Shown here: positions 1 to 10,321 of the stretch, in pieces
How positions within the stretch are numbered: the first letter of the stretch is position 1
Layout: every line of letters starts with the position of its first letter
Source of the DNA: Bacteroidales bacterium
GTDB taxonomy: Bacteria > Bacteroidota > Bacteroidia > Bacteroidales > UBA7332
Direction: 5' to 3'
DNA length: 64,000 bases
Assembly (NCBI GenBank): GCA_963668555.2
Contig: CAXXIC010000001.1
Location: 1,493,662 to 1,557,661, forward strand
Position numbers and translations under genes: made by a program
The notes under the pieces: generated by a model
Databases searched by the model: none
What the model was told of the DNA's origin: nothing
What the model saw: only the letters and a program-made list of their open reading frames with translations

Positions 1-2
1 AG

Positions 3-383
3 GAAGAAGACCTATTGTTTCCGCTGATGGGAGAAAAAGGATATTCGCCTCAACAGGGACCAGTGGCTGTCATGCTTCACGAACATGTACAGGGTAGAAA
101 CTATGTAAAAGGTATGGCAGATGCTATTGAGAGATTGCGCAATGGAGATGCTATAGCCATTACCGATATTTACACCAATATGGCCGGTTATGCCCACCTG
201 CTGCAAAACCACATCTCGAAAGAAAACAATATATTGTTCAAAATGGCTGATCAGGTATTTAGTGCAGAAGAACAGCAATCTCTATTGGTACAATTTGCAG
301 AAGTTGAAAAACATACCGACGTTGAATATAATGCTGAAAATTCGGTTGCAAAAATCGAACAACTGGCATCGGTTTATCTGTAA
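3..383 (+). CDS. Hemerythrin/HHE cation-binding domain protein (5'-truncated by window start)
   Basis: Frame open from position 3 (EEDLLFP...). It has the HHE-type motifs EEDLLFP, MLHEH and HISKENNILF. Confidence 0.8.
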   Translation, partial: EEDLLFPLMGEKGYSPQQGPVAVMLHEHVQGRNYVKGMADAIERLRNGDAIAITDIYTNMAGYAHLLQNHISKENNILFKMADQVFSAEEQQSLLVQFAEVEKHTDVEYNAENSVAKIEQLASVYL

Positions 384-385
384 TT

Positions 386-934
386 ATGAAACGGAAAATC
401 AGAAAAGCCTACCGTATGACCTCGTATGTGATCTACCGGCAGACCATACTCGAACCCATCGATCACCTCTGGACTTTCATCGGGGCATTTATCGGTATCT
501 CAGCCATTGGAATTATTCAGGGAAACCGATTGGGGCAGACTGATAATATTTTTCTGATCGGATCATTCGGAGCCTCAGCGGTATTGGTATTCGGAGCCTC
601 TAACAGTCCGTTGGCACAACCCCGTAATCTGATTTTCGGCCATTTGATCTCGGCTATTATCGGCGTTACCATCCATAAACTTCTGCCGCACGAACTCTGG
701 CTTTCATCGGCTCTTGCTGTATCGCTCGCCATTGTCGCCATGCAGATAACAAAAACCTTGCATCCGCCGGGAGGTGCAACAGCATTGATTGCCAATATAG
801 GTTCTGAACGGGTGAAAGAGTTGGGGTATGAGTATATATTATCTCCTGTAATGACAGGCGTGCTGATTCTGTTCGTTGTAGCAATTATCGTAAATAATAT
901 TCCGAAAGACCGGAATTATCCGTACAAGAAGTAG
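386..934 (+). CDS. HPP family integral membrane protein
   Basis: SPLAQPRN and LHPPGGATAL motifs, multiple hydrophobic helices; starts 2 nt after the hemerythrin stop. Confidence 0.9.
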   Translation: MKRKIRKAYRMTSYVIYRQTILEPIDHLWTFIGAFIGISAIGIIQGNRLGQTDNIFLIGSFGASAVLVFGASNSPLAQPRNLIFGHLISAIIGVTIHKLLPHELWLSSALAVSLAIVAMQITKTLHPPGGATALIANIGSERVKELGYEYILSPVMTGVLILFVVAIIVNNIPKDRNYPYKK

Positions 935-945
935 TATAAAACAAG

Positions 946-1010
946 AAAAGGTTGTCATCACGACAACCTCAACCCTTTATTAACCTTAAATCTAATACCA
1001 TGAAAAACAC
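946..1010 (-). ncRNA. Candidate small RNA resembling the conserved multicopy Bacteroides sRNA 5' motif (FopS-like, from recall)
   Basis: Minus strand reads TATATTTG (-7) then GTGTTTTTCATGGTATTAGATTTAAGGTTAATAAAGGGTTG, then hairpin AGGTTGTC-GTGAT-GACAACCT and TTT. No ORF. Confidence 0.6.
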
Positions 1011-1014
1011 AGTG

Positions 1015-1022
1015 CAAATATA
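1015..1022 (-). promoter_or_regulatory. Bacteroidetes -7 promoter element (TATATTTG) of the candidate sRNA
   Basis: Exact TAnnTTTG match directly upstream of the motif. Confidence 0.55.
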
Positions 1023-1384
1023 GTTAGTTTTATGTTATGCGACATGCTTTCAAAGCATATTTCTTCAACATATTCATCTTTTTTAAGATTAGCAAAACAC
1101 AGCCGCCTGAATAATCAGGGTATTTCACATTCCGGCATCTCAAACCGGATATATTTAAGAACGATTAAACTGGCCAATAGGTTCATATCCCTCCGCTCTT
1201 TTCTTTTCCGAAGTATTGACTGAATTTAAAGGGCATCCGCAAAACCGCCTGAACCGGCGGGAGAAAATGAGGCTATGTCGTGGATTAAGCAATAAAACGG
1301 ATACTCATTTAAAATAATCCCTAATTACATTCATCTTACAAGAATATTTCTACCTTTGCTCCGTCTTTTTAAAACCCCAATCTT

Positions 1385-2203
1385 ATGTCAACTTATTCTG
1401 AAGATACACGGAAAGTGACTACACATCGCCTGATCGAAATGAAAAGGAGAGGCGAAAAAATCTCGATGCTGACCGCATACGACTACTCTATGGCCCGCCT
1501 GATCGACGTAGCCGGTATGGACGTGATATTGGTGGGTGACTCCGCCTCCAATGTAATGGCCGGAAATACCACCACCCTACCCATGACACTCAATCAGATG
1601 ATCTATCACGGAGCATCTGTTACCAGAGCGGTAAAACGCGCTCACGTAGTTGTGGATTTACCGTTCGGAACCTACCAGGGTAATTCAATAGAGGCGTTGG
1701 CATCTGCCATCCGCATCATGAAGGAAACCTCTGCCGACTCCGTGAAGATGGAGGGAGGCGCCGAGATACGCGAATCTATCGAACGGATACTCAGTGCGGG
1801 TATTCCGGTAATGGGACACCTCGGCCTGATGCCCCAATCGATCAATAAATACGGAACCTACACCGTACGTGCCAAAGGCGAACAGGAGGCCAACAAACTG
1901 ATCGAAGACGCAATGCTTCTTCAGGAGATTGGTTGTTTTGCCATTGTGCTGGAAAAAATCCCGGCTGAGCTGGCTGCTCAGGTGGCTGCCAAACTGACTA
2001 TCCCTATCATCGGTATCGGTGCGGGAGGTGGCGTTGACGGACAGGTGCTTGTCATGCACGATATGCTGGGCATCAGCCAGAATTTCTCTCCGCGCTTTTT
2101 GCGACGCTACGCCAATCTGGCCGAGACTATAACTTCTGCCGTGGGACAATATATCAAGGATGTCAAATCGAAAGATTTCCCCAACGAGAAAGAGCAGTAT
2201 TAA
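1385..2203 (+). CDS. panB: 3-methyl-2-oxobutanoate hydroxymethyltransferase
   Basis: [17 protein letters not shown] and GHLGLMPQS motifs; TACCTTTG -7 element at 1351-1358. Confidence 0.97.
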   Translation: MSTYSEDTRKVTTHRLIEMKRRGEKISMLTAYDYSMARLIDVAGMDVILVGDSASNVMAGNTTTLPMTLNQMIYHGASVTRAVKRAHVVVDLPFGTYQGNSIEALASAIRIMKETSADSVKMEGGAEIRESIERILSAGIPVMGHLGLMPQSINKYGTYTVRAKGEQEANKLIEDAMLLQEIGCFAIVLEKIPAELAAQVAAKLTIPIIGIGAGGGVDGQVLVMHDMLGISQNFSPRFLRRYANLAETITSAVGQYIKDVKSKDFPNEKEQY

Positions 2204-2209
2204 GTTCTG

Positions 2210-2234
2210 CTAAATCCCCCGAAGGGAGACTTTT
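2210..2234. repeat. REP-like short palindrome (CTAAATCCCCCGAAGGGAGACTTTT)
   Basis: Imperfect GC hairpin with GAA loop just after the panB stop. Confidence 0.4.
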
Positions 2235-2248
2235 GAAATATCAGGATA

Positions 2249-2294
2249 AAAGCTTCTTAAAGCCCTCATAACGGGGATTTAAGAAGCTTTCTTT
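2249..2294 (+). terminator. Rho-independent terminator after panB
   Basis: 13-bp inverted repeat AAAGCTTCTTAAA/TTTAAGAAGCTTT followed by a T-rich tail. Confidence 0.65.
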
Positions 2295-2349
2295 TGTTAC
2301 AAAATTTTCTTACCTTTGCGATCCAAAACAGACTAACAGATAATAGATT

Positions 2350-3675
2350 ATGTTTGAAAATCTTAGTGACAGACTAGAGAGGTCATTTAAAATACTCAAG
2401 GGAGAGGGAAAAATTACCGAAATCAATGTGGCCGAGACGCTCAAAGATGTGCGCAAAGCCCTGTTGGATGCCGACGTAAACTACAAGGTGGCCAAAAACT
2501 TCACCGACACCGTGAAGGAAAAAGCGCTGGGTATGAACGTACTCACCGCGGTAAAACCCGGTCAGTTGCTGGTTAAGATCGTTCACGACGAGCTCGCCAT
2601 GCTGATGGGCGGAAGCAGCGTGGACATCAACATGAAAGGCAAACCGGCGATCATCCTGATGGCGGGTCTTCAGGGTTCGGGTAAAACTACCTTCTCGGGT
2701 AAACTGGCCAAGATGCTGAAATCGAAACGCAGCAAAAATCCGTTACTTGTAGCTTGTGACATTTACCGTCCGGCCGCTATCGAGCAGCTGAAGGTGCTGG
2801 GTACTCAGATTGAAGTTCCCGTTTACGCTGAAGAAAACAATAAAGATGCTGTAGCTATTGCACAGGCAGCCATTAAATTTGCGAAAGAAAAAGGTCACGA
2901 CTTAGTGATTATCGATACCGCGGGTCGTCTGGCGATCGACGAGCAGATGATGAACGAGATTGCAGCCGTTAAGGCAGCTGTAAATCCCGATGAAATCCTG
3001 TTCGTAGTTGACTCAATGACCGGTCAGGATGCTGTGAATACGGCTAAAGAATTCAACGATCGCCTGGACTTCGACGGGGTTGTTTTGACCAAACTGGATG
3101 GTGACACCCGTGGTGGTGCCGCTCTTTCAATCCGTACGGTTGTCGACAAACCGATCAAGTTTGTAGGTACCGGTGAAAAAATGGAAGCGCTCGACGTGTT
3201 CCACCCCGAACGTATGGCCGACCGTATCCTCGGAATGGGTGACATCGTTTCGCTGGTAGAGCGTGCGCAGGATCAGTATGATGAAGAAGAGGCCCGCCGC
3301 CTGCAAAAGAAGATTGCGAAAAACCAATTTGACTTCAACGACTTCCTCAGCCAGATCCAGCAAATCAAAAAGATGGGTAACATCAAAGATTTAGCGGCGA
3401 TGATCCCCGGTGTGGGCAAAGCGATCAAGGATGTGGATATCGACGACAACGCCTTCAAAAGCGTGGAAGCGATCATCTATTCGATGACTCCGAAAGAGCG
3501 CGAAAATCCTCAAATCCTTAACGGAAGCCGTCGTCAACGCCTTGCTTCTGGTAGTGGAACCAGCATCCAGGAAGTTAATCGTCTGCTGAAACAGTTCGAT
3601 GAAACCCGCAAAATGATGCAGATGGTGACCAAAGCGCAAAGCAACCCTGCTTTGATGCGTAAAATGAGACGATAA
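2350..3675 (+). CDS. ffh: Signal recognition particle protein Ffh
   Basis: [14 protein letters not shown] and TKLDGD GTPase motifs plus a Met-rich M domain. Confidence 0.98.
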   Translation: MFENLSDRLERSFKILKGEGKITEINVAETLKDVRKALLDADVNYKVAKNFTDTVKEKALGMNVLTAVKPGQLLVKIVHDELAMLMGGSSVDINMKGKPAIILMAGLQGSGKTTFSGKLAKMLKSKRSKNPLLVACDIYRPAAIEQLKVLGTQIEVPVYAEENNKDAVAIAQAAIKFAKEKGHDLVIIDTAGRLAIDEQMMNEIAAVKAAVNPDEILFVVDSMTGQDAVNTAKEFNDRLDFDGVVLTKLDGDTRGGAALSIRTVVDKPIKFVGTGEKMEALDVFHPERMADRILGMGDIVSLVERAQDQYDEEEARRLQKKIAKNQFDFNDFLSQIQQIKKMGNIKDLAAMIPGVGKAIKDVDIDDNAFKSVEAIIYSMTPKERENPQILNGSRRQRLASGSGTSIQEVNRLLKQFDETRKMMQMVTKAQSNPALMRKMRR

Positions 3676-3684
3676 TTATAACTA

Positions 3685-3752
3685 AAACGCAAAGACGCTA
3701 AGCCGCGAAGAATATTCTGAAGAGAACTTTGCGCCTTTGCGTCTTTGCGTTT
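3685..3752. repeat. Intergenic palindromic element with 8-nt periodic CTTTGCG(T/C) units
   Basis: Perfect 14-bp inverted repeat AAACGCAAAGACGC (3685-3698) / GCGTCTTTGCGTTT (3739-3752). Confidence 0.6.
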
Positions 3753-3768
3753 AAATACATAAAATATT

Positions 3769-4650
3769 ATGCAATTAATCGACGGAAAAGCAATCTCGGA
3801 TCAGGTTAAGCAAGAAATTGCAAAGGAAGTAACCGCGATCAAAGCAGCCGGAGGCAAGATTCCTCACCTGGCGGCTATTTTGGTAGGTCACGACGGCGGC
3901 AGCGAAACCTACGTTGCGCACAAAGTAAAATCATGCGAGCAGGTAGGTTTTAAATCTACATTGGTACGCTTTGAGGATACAGTTACCGAAGCAGAATTGC
4001 TGCAAAAAGTAGATGACTTGAATAATGATACCGATATCGACGGATTCATCGTACAGTTGCCGCTACCGAAACATATCAACGAGCAGAAAGTAATCGAAGC
4101 GATTGATTACCGCAAAGATGTGGACGGCTTCCACCCGATCAACGTAGGCCGCATGTCTATCGGACTCCCCTGCTTCGTATCGGCTACTCCGGCAGGAATC
4201 ATGGAGTTGCTGAAACGCTACAACATCGATACCAAAGGAAAGCATTGCGTGGTACTGGGCCGCAGCAACATCGTAGGCAAACCGATTGCCAACCTGATGA
4301 TGCAAAAAACCAATCCGGGCAACGCTACCGTAACCGTTTGCCACAGCTATTCATCAGACCTGAAAGAGCAGTGCCTGAAAGCCGATATCATCATTGCCGC
4401 TTTGGGTGTACCCGAATTTCTGAAAGGCGAGATGGTAAAAGACGGCGCTGTGGTAATCGACGTAGGTACCACCCGTGTCCCTTCTACACAAACCAAATCG
4501 GGCTTCAAACTTACCGGTGATGTAAAATTCGACGAAGTTGCTCCTAAATGTTCCTATATAACTCCGGTTCCGGGTGGTGTAGGGCCAATGACCATCGTTT
4601 CATTGCTCAAAAACACCCTGCTGGCAGGTAAAAAAGAGATTTACAAGTAA
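3769..4650 (+). CDS. folD: Bifunctional methylenetetrahydrofolate dehydrogenase/cyclohydrolase
   Basis: [23 protein letters not shown] and [10 protein letters not shown] motifs. Confidence 0.98.
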   Translation: MQLIDGKAISDQVKQEIAKEVTAIKAAGGKIPHLAAILVGHDGGSETYVAHKVKSCEQVGFKSTLVRFEDTVTEAELLQKVDDLNNDTDIDGFIVQLPLPKHINEQKVIEAIDYRKDVDGFHPINVGRMSIGLPCFVSATPAGIMELLKRYNIDTKGKHCVVLGRSNIVGKPIANLMMQKTNPGNATVTVCHSYSSDLKEQCLKADIIIAALGVPEFLKGEMVKDGAVVIDVGTTRVPSTQTKSGFKLTGDVKFDEVAPKCSYITPVPGGVGPMTIVSLLKNTLLAGKKEIYK

Positions 4651-4666
4651 ATTTTTTCGCTAAGGT

Positions 4667-4698
4667 ATTGCAGGAATAAGAAAAGCTCCTTATCTTTG
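4667..4698 (+). promoter_or_regulatory. Promoter of tRNA-His (ATTG-N20-TATCTTTG)
   Basis: -7 TATCTTTG at 4691-4698 with a -33-like ATTG 20 nt upstream. Confidence 0.6.
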
Positions 4699-4716
4699 CA
4701 TCGCAATAGCAAAAAC

Positions 4717-4793
<77 letters not shown>

Positions 4794-4794
4794 T

Positions 4795-4829
4795 AAGCGG
4801 TTTCCTTGAAAAAGGGAGCCGCTTTTTTT
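4795..4829 (+). terminator. Terminator after tRNA-His
   Basis: AAGCGGTTTCCTT-GAAA-AAGGGAGCCGCTT followed by a T run. Confidence 0.85.
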
Positions 4830-4919
4830 ATGTCTCAACCCCGATTATCATTAAAGCTCTGTTCCTAAAAATCAATGTTCTGTTTTCCCACACAGAAATA
4901 AACATGTACCTTTGCATGG

Positions 4920-4980
4920 ATCAGGCTCATTGATTATTTAATCAGCATGAAATAGGGAATCCGCTAAAAACACAGACACA
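4920..4980 (+). promoter_or_regulatory. Probable 5' remnant of a cobalamin riboswitch
   Basis: Follows a TACCTTTG -7 element (4907-4914). It has hairpin TGATT-ATTT-AATCA then ATGAAATAGGGAATCCG (B12-box-like). The 3' half (GCCACTG/GGGAAG) is not present. Confidence 0.4.
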
Positions 4981-4997
4981 AACCTAATCTGTTTCAC

Positions 4998-6050
4998 TTG
5001 CAAACCACATTATTCAACACAAATAGCTTTCGGTTAAAAGGATTATTCATCCTGCTGATCACGGCAACTCTTTTCATTGCCAATCTGGCTTTCGGCTCGG
5101 TGAGAATACCCGTCGGTTCGGTTATTCAAATCCTCTCCGGACAGGATATTGACCATACAGCCTGGCAAAATATCATCCTGAATTCCCGGCTACCGCAAGC
5201 AACAACAGCTCTTTTTACCGGAGCCGCACTGGCTGTTTGCGGATTATTGCTGCAAACTCTTTTCCAGAATCCCCTGGCCGACCCTTCTATACTGGGAATC
5301 AGCGCCGGGGCCAATCTTGGGGTTGCCCTGATCGTTTTTCTGACCGGAGGAACTATGGGTCAAATCTCGGGAATAGGATTAGGAGGTCATTTCGCGATTG
5401 TAGGAGGCGCTTTTGCCGGGGCCTTTCTGGTTCTTAACCTGATTCTCTACATGGCAGGGCGATTACGTAGCAACCTGATGCTGCTGATTGTCGGGATCAT
5501 GGTGAGCTATCTGGTCTCTTCATTTATCACTTTCATCAACTTCTACTCTTCGGCTGAAAATGTATTCCTCTTTATGCTTTGGGGAATGGGCGACTTTTCA
5601 AGCGTTACTCGCGCTCAGATCGGATTCTACGCTCCGTGCATCATCATCGGGCTACTGGCTGCACTGCTTCAGATGAAGCCATTAAATGCGCTGCTGATGG
5701 GCGAACGTTACGCCATGAATCTGGGAGTAAAGATCAAACAGACCCGTATTATCATTCTTTTGATCAGCGGACTGCTCACAGCGGTTACGACTGCTTTCTG
5801 CGGACCTGTATCATTTCTGGGTTTGGCAGTTCCTCATATTGCCCGTCTGATATTAGGAACAGGCAATCACAAGAAATTACTTCCTTTCTGTTTAATATTG
5901 GGCGGAGGGATAGCGTTACTGTGCAACCTGCTCACCTCTTTCCCCGGACATGCGGGAGTACTGCCTCTGAATGCCATTACTCCTATCCTGGGAGCACCGG
6001 TGGTTCTCTACGTTTTACTCAGCCGAAAGAAAAGCCAACAAATTCATTAA
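4998..6050 (+). CDS. FecCD/BtuC-family ABC transporter permease (iron chelate or cobalamin)
   Basis: RLPQ, FQNPLADPSILGISAGA, A..LGV and GPVSFLGLAVPHIAR motifs. No in-frame ATG near the N-terminus, so TTG start assumed. Confidence 0.9.
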   Translation: MQTTLFNTNSFRLKGLFILLITATLFIANLAFGSVRIPVGSVIQILSGQDIDHTAWQNIILNSRLPQATTALFTGAALAVCGLLLQTLFQNPLADPSILGISAGANLGVALIVFLTGGTMGQISGIGLGGHFAIVGGAFAGAFLVLNLILYMAGRLRSNLMLLIVGIMVSYLVSSFITFINFYSSAENVFLFMLWGMGDFSSVTRAQIGFYAPCIIIGLLAALLQMKPLNALLMGERYAMNLGVKIKQTRIIILLISGLLTAVTTAFCGPVSFLGLAVPHIARLILGTGNHKKLLPFCLILGGGIALLCNLLTSFPGHAGVLPLNAITPILGAPVVLYVLLSRKKSQQIH

Positions 6051-6061
6051 TACCCCGGCAA

Positions 6062-7054
6062 ATGGATTCCTGTATCTTGCAATTGAATAATCTCAGTATC
6101 GGCTATGCCAATCAACGCCCGCGGAAAGTGGTTCATTCGGGTATCAACCTGTCCCTGAAACGCGGAGAACTCTCCTGCCTGTTAGGCACCAACGGCGCGG
6201 GTAAATCGACATTACTGAAAACACTGGCGGGATTCCAACCGGCTCTTTCCGGGGAAATGTTACTCGACGGTGAAGAGATGCACACCATTTCCCGCAAAAA
6301 GCTGGCGAGAAAACTGGGAGTGGTACTTACAGATACCCTGACTGCGGGAAATCTGACGGTTTACGAATTGATCTCATTCGGACGATATGTATACTCGGAC
6401 TTTTTCGGCAGAATGACTCCAAAAGATCACGAAGCGGTAAACTACGCCCTGGAGTGCGTCGGCATTTCCCATTTTGCCAAACGGAATATCGGTGAGCTAA
6501 GCGATGGCGAACGCCAGAAGGTGATGATTGCCAAAGCAATTGCACAGGAAACACCTCTTATCATATTAGACGAGCCCACAGCTTTCCTCGATCTTCCCAG
6601 CCGGGTGGAGATCATGATCCTACTCAAAAAGCTCAGCGCCGAAAACGGCAAAACCATCCTGCTCTCAACACACGATCTGGATCTGGCCCTGCAACTGGCC
6701 GATAAAATATGGTTAATGGCTAAGAAACGGGAAATAGTAAGCGGAGCACCTGAAGATCTGGCTCTGGCAGGTATGTTTAACTCCTTCTTTGACAAAGAGA
6801 GCCTGACATTTGACCTGCACACCGGCACTTTCTTATTGAATAATGATTCAAACAAAAAGGTACAACTTACGGTAGAAGGTATTCAACGTATCTGGCTGGA
6901 AAAAGCGTTAATTCGCAAAGGGTATAGGGTCGTAGACGAAACTGCGGAACTAAAAATCAGCCGGAAAGATCAATATTTCCGGATAGAGACTAAGGATAAA
7001 AGTATAACGGCTCCTGATATTGAAAATCTGCTAGGCCAATTAGCTCAACTGTAA
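6062..7054 (+). CDS. ABC transporter ATP-binding protein (FecE/BtuD-like)
   Basis: GTNGAGKST Walker A, LSDGERQK signature, LDEPT Walker B. ATG at 6062 chosen over the track start at 5579, which overlaps the permease. Confidence 0.92.
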   Translation: MDSCILQLNNLSIGYANQRPRKVVHSGINLSLKRGELSCLLGTNGAGKSTLLKTLAGFQPALSGEMLLDGEEMHTISRKKLARKLGVVLTDTLTAGNLTVYELISFGRYVYSDFFGRMTPKDHEAVNYALECVGISHFAKRNIGELSDGERQKVMIAKAIAQETPLIILDEPTAFLDLPSRVEIMILLKKLSAENGKTILLSTHDLDLALQLADKIWLMAKKREIVSGAPEDLALAGMFNSFFDKESLTFDLHTGTFLLNNDSNKKVQLTVEGIQRIWLEKALIRKGYRVVDETAELKISRKDQYFRIETKDKSITAPDIENLLGQLAQL

Positions 7055-7061
7055 ATAGAAA

Positions 7062-7096
7062 CGCGGCGAAATGCTTTCACATTAACGCCGCGCTTT
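7062..7096. terminator. Hairpin between convergent ATPase and GltD-like genes
   Basis: CGCGGCG / CGCCGCG arms. Confidence 0.5.
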
Positions 7097-7116
7097 ATAT
7101 AAAACCCCTTCAAATT

Positions 7117-8430
7117 TTATTCTTCCAATAACTTCTTCGCATCAATAAACTGCGCAATGCCTTTGGCTACGTTTTTGGCCTCTTTCATGGCCAGAACCAC
7201 AGTTTGAGGCGTATGTACGACATCCCCACCCGCAAAGATTCCCTTTCGGGTAGTCATTCCGTACGGACGCTCTTTGATGGTTACGTAACCGGCCTCATTT
7301 ACCTCAATACCTAATGTAGTAGAAATAATCCGGTTGGCCGGGCGGGAGCCGATTGCCAGCAAAAGAACATCCATCGGAATAATCTTCTCACCATCAGGTG
7401 TAGACAGACGTACTTCTTTCAGCTTATTTCTTTTACCTATCAACTCCGTCACCGAAGTTTTCCAAAGAAACTGAACGCCCTCTTCTACCGCTTCTTCGTA
7501 TTCTGTTTTCAGTGCCGATATTTCATCTTCCGTTTTATGATAAATAACTGTCACACTTTTGGCCCCCATCCGTAAGGCTGTACGAGCTGCATCCATGGCT
7601 ACGTTACCTGCTCCGATAATGGCTACAGTATCATTTACGCGCATCGGCACCTCCTGGCGTCCGAGACTTTCACTTTGATAAAGGCTCACTGTACGCAGAA
7701 AATAAGAAGACTGAACCACACCACGCATTTCTGCACCGGGAATCTCCAGCGCTCTCGGAATTGCAGTACCCGTTCCGATAAAAACAGCATCAAAGCCGCG
7801 CTCAAACATTTCATCCACGGTAATATCGCGTCCCACCATACAATTGGTGATAAAGGTAACTCCCAGCCCCTCAATTTTACGTATCTCACGGCGCACCACA
7901 TCTTTGGGCAGACGGTATTTGGGGATACCAAACATCAATACTCCTCCCAGCTCCTGTTCGCCTTCGTAGATCACCACATTAAAGCCCTGACGAGCCAGAT
8001 CACCTGCCACGGTCAGTCCGGCAGGACCGGAACCGATTACGGCTACCTTTCCGCGGGTTTTCGGTAATATATTCTCGCGGATCAATCCCATATCGCTGTC
8101 GAAGTCGGCAATAAAGCGCTCCAACTTACCCACGCGGATTCTGGCATCCTTTTTATTGAGAATGCAATGACCTTCACACTGCTTTTCGTGTGGACATACC
8201 CGTCCGCAAATAGCGGGCAGATTACTTTTCTCATTAATAATCTGCATAGCGTTACCGATATTCCCCATCGACAACTGCTGAATAAATCCGGGAATATTAT
8301 GTTCAATCGGGCAACCTTTCACACATAGCGGGTTCTTGCAATTCAAACATCGCTTGGCTTCATCAATGGCTTCTTTAGCCGAGAACCCTTCATTTATTTC
8401 TTCGAACTTTAGTTCTTTCGATTCGCTCAT
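7117..8430 (-). CDS. GltD/SudA/NfnB-like NAD(P)-dependent FeS flavoprotein
   Basis: EAKRCLNC..PLCVKGCP, CGRVCP.EKQCEG.C, GSGPAG, GAGNVAMDAAR and GIFAGGD motifs. Confidence 0.88.
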   Translation of the reverse strand: MSESKELKFEEINEGFSAKEAIDEAKRCLNCKNPLCVKGCPIEHNIPGFIQQLSMGNIGNAMQIINEKSNLPAICGRVCPHEKQCEGHCILNKKDARIRVGKLERFIADFDSDMGLIRENILPKTRGKVAVIGSGPAGLTVAGDLARQGFNVVIYEGEQELGGVLMFGIPKYRLPKDVVRREIRKIEGLGVTFITNCMVGRDITVDEMFERGFDAVFIGTGTAIPRALEIPGAEMRGVVQSSYFLRTVSLYQSESLGRQEVPMRVNDTVAIIGAGNVAMDAARTALRMGAKSVTVIYHKTEDEISALKTEYEEAVEEGVQFLWKTSVTELIGKRNKLKEVRLSTPDGEKIIPMDVLLLAIGSRPANRIISTTLGIEVNEAGYVTIKERPYGMTTRKGIFAGGDVVHTPQTVVLAMKEAKNVAKGIAQFIDAKKLLEE

Positions 8431-8814
8431 ACCTGTACTAAATTATGCTTTTCAATCCATTAAACTCCAATAATGCAATGTTGACATTGCAAATATAGCG
8501 ATTATTTGCAATGTCGAGATTACAAAACTAGTTTTTATCTGTTTTTTGCAAAAGATTTCGCTTCCAAACATTGTCTGCAATTTTGCAACTGACGACTATA
8601 ACATAAAAAGAGGCCAAACTGTTTCCTTCCACCGAAAATAAATGCTGAAAAAGGTTTCGATTAATCATCCCCACCAAACAATCCTAGACCTATTTGCGTT
8701 TAAAGGGAGTATAATTTACCATCTGAATTTCTTCCGATCACTTCTATTTTCAATTATAAACCAGAGATAATTATCTTAATATTTCAATTAACATTTTCAT
8801 CACGGAGGTTTGCC

Positions 8815-10269
8815 ATGAAAGACAAAAAGAAACTCACGACCAATGCCGGCGCACCTGTGCCCGACAATCAGAACACCATGTCAGCCGGAAAAAGAGGCCC
8901 GGTATTGTTGCAGGATGTATGGTACCTGGAAAAACTGGCTCATTTCGACCGGGAAGTGATCCCCGAAAGACGGATGCATGCCAAAGGTTCGGGTGCTTAC
9001 GGAACATTTATCGTCACTCACGACATTACCCGTTACACCAAAGCGAAAATATTCTCAGAAATCGGCAAAAACACCGAGTGCTTCGTCCGCTTCTCGACAG
9101 TAGCCGGAGAAAGAGGCGCCGCCGATGCCGAACGGGACATCCGTGGTTTTGCCATGAAGTTCTATACCGAAGAGGGCAACTGGGATCTGGTGGGAAATAA
9201 TACTCCGGTTTTTTTTCTACGCGATCCGCTCAAATTCCCCGATTTGAATCACGCTGTCAAAAGAGACCCTCGTACAAATATGCGTAGTGCCAAAAATAAC
9301 TGGGACTTCTGGACCTCTCTGCCCGAAGCGCTTCATCAGGTAACGATTACGATGAGCGACCGGGGTATCCCCTACTCATACCGGCATATGCACGGCTTCG
9401 GCAGTCATACATTCAGCATGTATAATGAGAAGAATGAAAGAGTTTGGGTAAAATTCCATTTTACAACACAACAGGGTATTAAGAATCTCACCGATCAGGA
9501 AGCAGCTGCTATCATTGCAAATGACCGGGAAAGCCATCAGCGGGATTTGCTCGAAAGTATCGACAAGGGCGATTATCCCCGCTGGACTATGTTTCTCCAG
9601 GTGATGCCGGAAGCTGACGCTGCTAAAGTACCTTACAATCCGTTTGACCTCACGAAGGTATGGCCTCACGGAGATTATCCGCTGATTGAGGTGGGCGTAC
9701 TGGAACTGAATCGCAATCCGGATAATTATTTTGCAGAAGTGGAACAAGCCGCCTTTAATCCGGCTAATGTTGTTCCGGGAATAGGCTTTTCTCCGGATAA
9801 GATGCTGCAGGGCCGACTCTTCTCCTACGGTGACGCACAACGTTATCGTCTGGGCGTGAACCATCACCTGATTCCGGTCAATGCTTCCCGTTGCCCTTTC
9901 CACAGCTATCACCGTGATGGCGCCATGCGGGTAGACGGTAATCATGGATCAACCCTTGGCTACGAACCCAATAGTTACGGGGAATGGCAGGAACAACCCG
10001 AATACAAAGAACCGCCTTTGGCACTGGATGGTGCTGCCGACCACTGGAATCACCGGGAAGATGAAGATTATTATTCACAACCCCGTGCGCTATTCCAACT
10101 GATGAATCCGGCACAGCAGCAAGTCTTATTTGAAAATACAGCTCGGGCAATGGGCGATGCTCCCAAAGAAGTAAAAATCAGGCATATCGGCAACTGCCTG
10201 AAAGCCGATCCGGCTTACGGGGAAGGTGTAGCGAAGGCTTTAGGCATCCCGTTGGATGATGTGAAATGA
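8815..10269 (+). CDS. katA: Monofunctional heme catalase (small subunit)
   Basis: [22 protein letters not shown] and [14 protein letters not shown] (proximal Tyr) motifs. Confidence 0.97.
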   Translation: MKDKKKLTTNAGAPVPDNQNTMSAGKRGPVLLQDVWYLEKLAHFDREVIPERRMHAKGSGAYGTFIVTHDITRYTKAKIFSEIGKNTECFVRFSTVAGERGAADAERDIRGFAMKFYTEEGNWDLVGNNTPVFFLRDPLKFPDLNHAVKRDPRTNMRSAKNNWDFWTSLPEALHQVTITMSDRGIPYSYRHMHGFGSHTFSMYNEKNERVWVKFHFTTQQGIKNLTDQEAAAIIANDRESHQRDLLESIDKGDYPRWTMFLQVMPEADAAKVPYNPFDLTKVWPHGDYPLIEVGVLELNRNPDNYFAEVEQAAFNPANVVPGIGFSPDKMLQGRLFSYGDAQRYRLGVNHHLIPVNASRCPFHSYHRDGAMRVDGNHGSTLGYEPNSYGEWQEQPEYKEPPLALDGAADHWNHREDEDYYSQPRALFQLMNPAQQQVLFENTARAMGDAPKEVKIRHIGNCLKADPAYGEGVAKALGIPLDDVK

Positions 10270-10321
10270 AAAACAGCGATTTAATCAATCCGTAAGAATA
10301 CGTCTCTTACAGATTAAAAAG

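Noticed and set aside
1032-1223. 63-aa ORF upstream of panB
   Set aside because: No motif; it lies in the promoter region of the candidate sRNA.
5579-6061. N-terminal extension of the ABC ATPase (491-aa track ORF)
   Set aside because: Overlaps the permease in another frame and has no protein-like features; ATG 6062 gives a normal ATPase.
9376-9945. 189-aa minus-strand ORF
   Set aside because: Antisense shadow of catalase.
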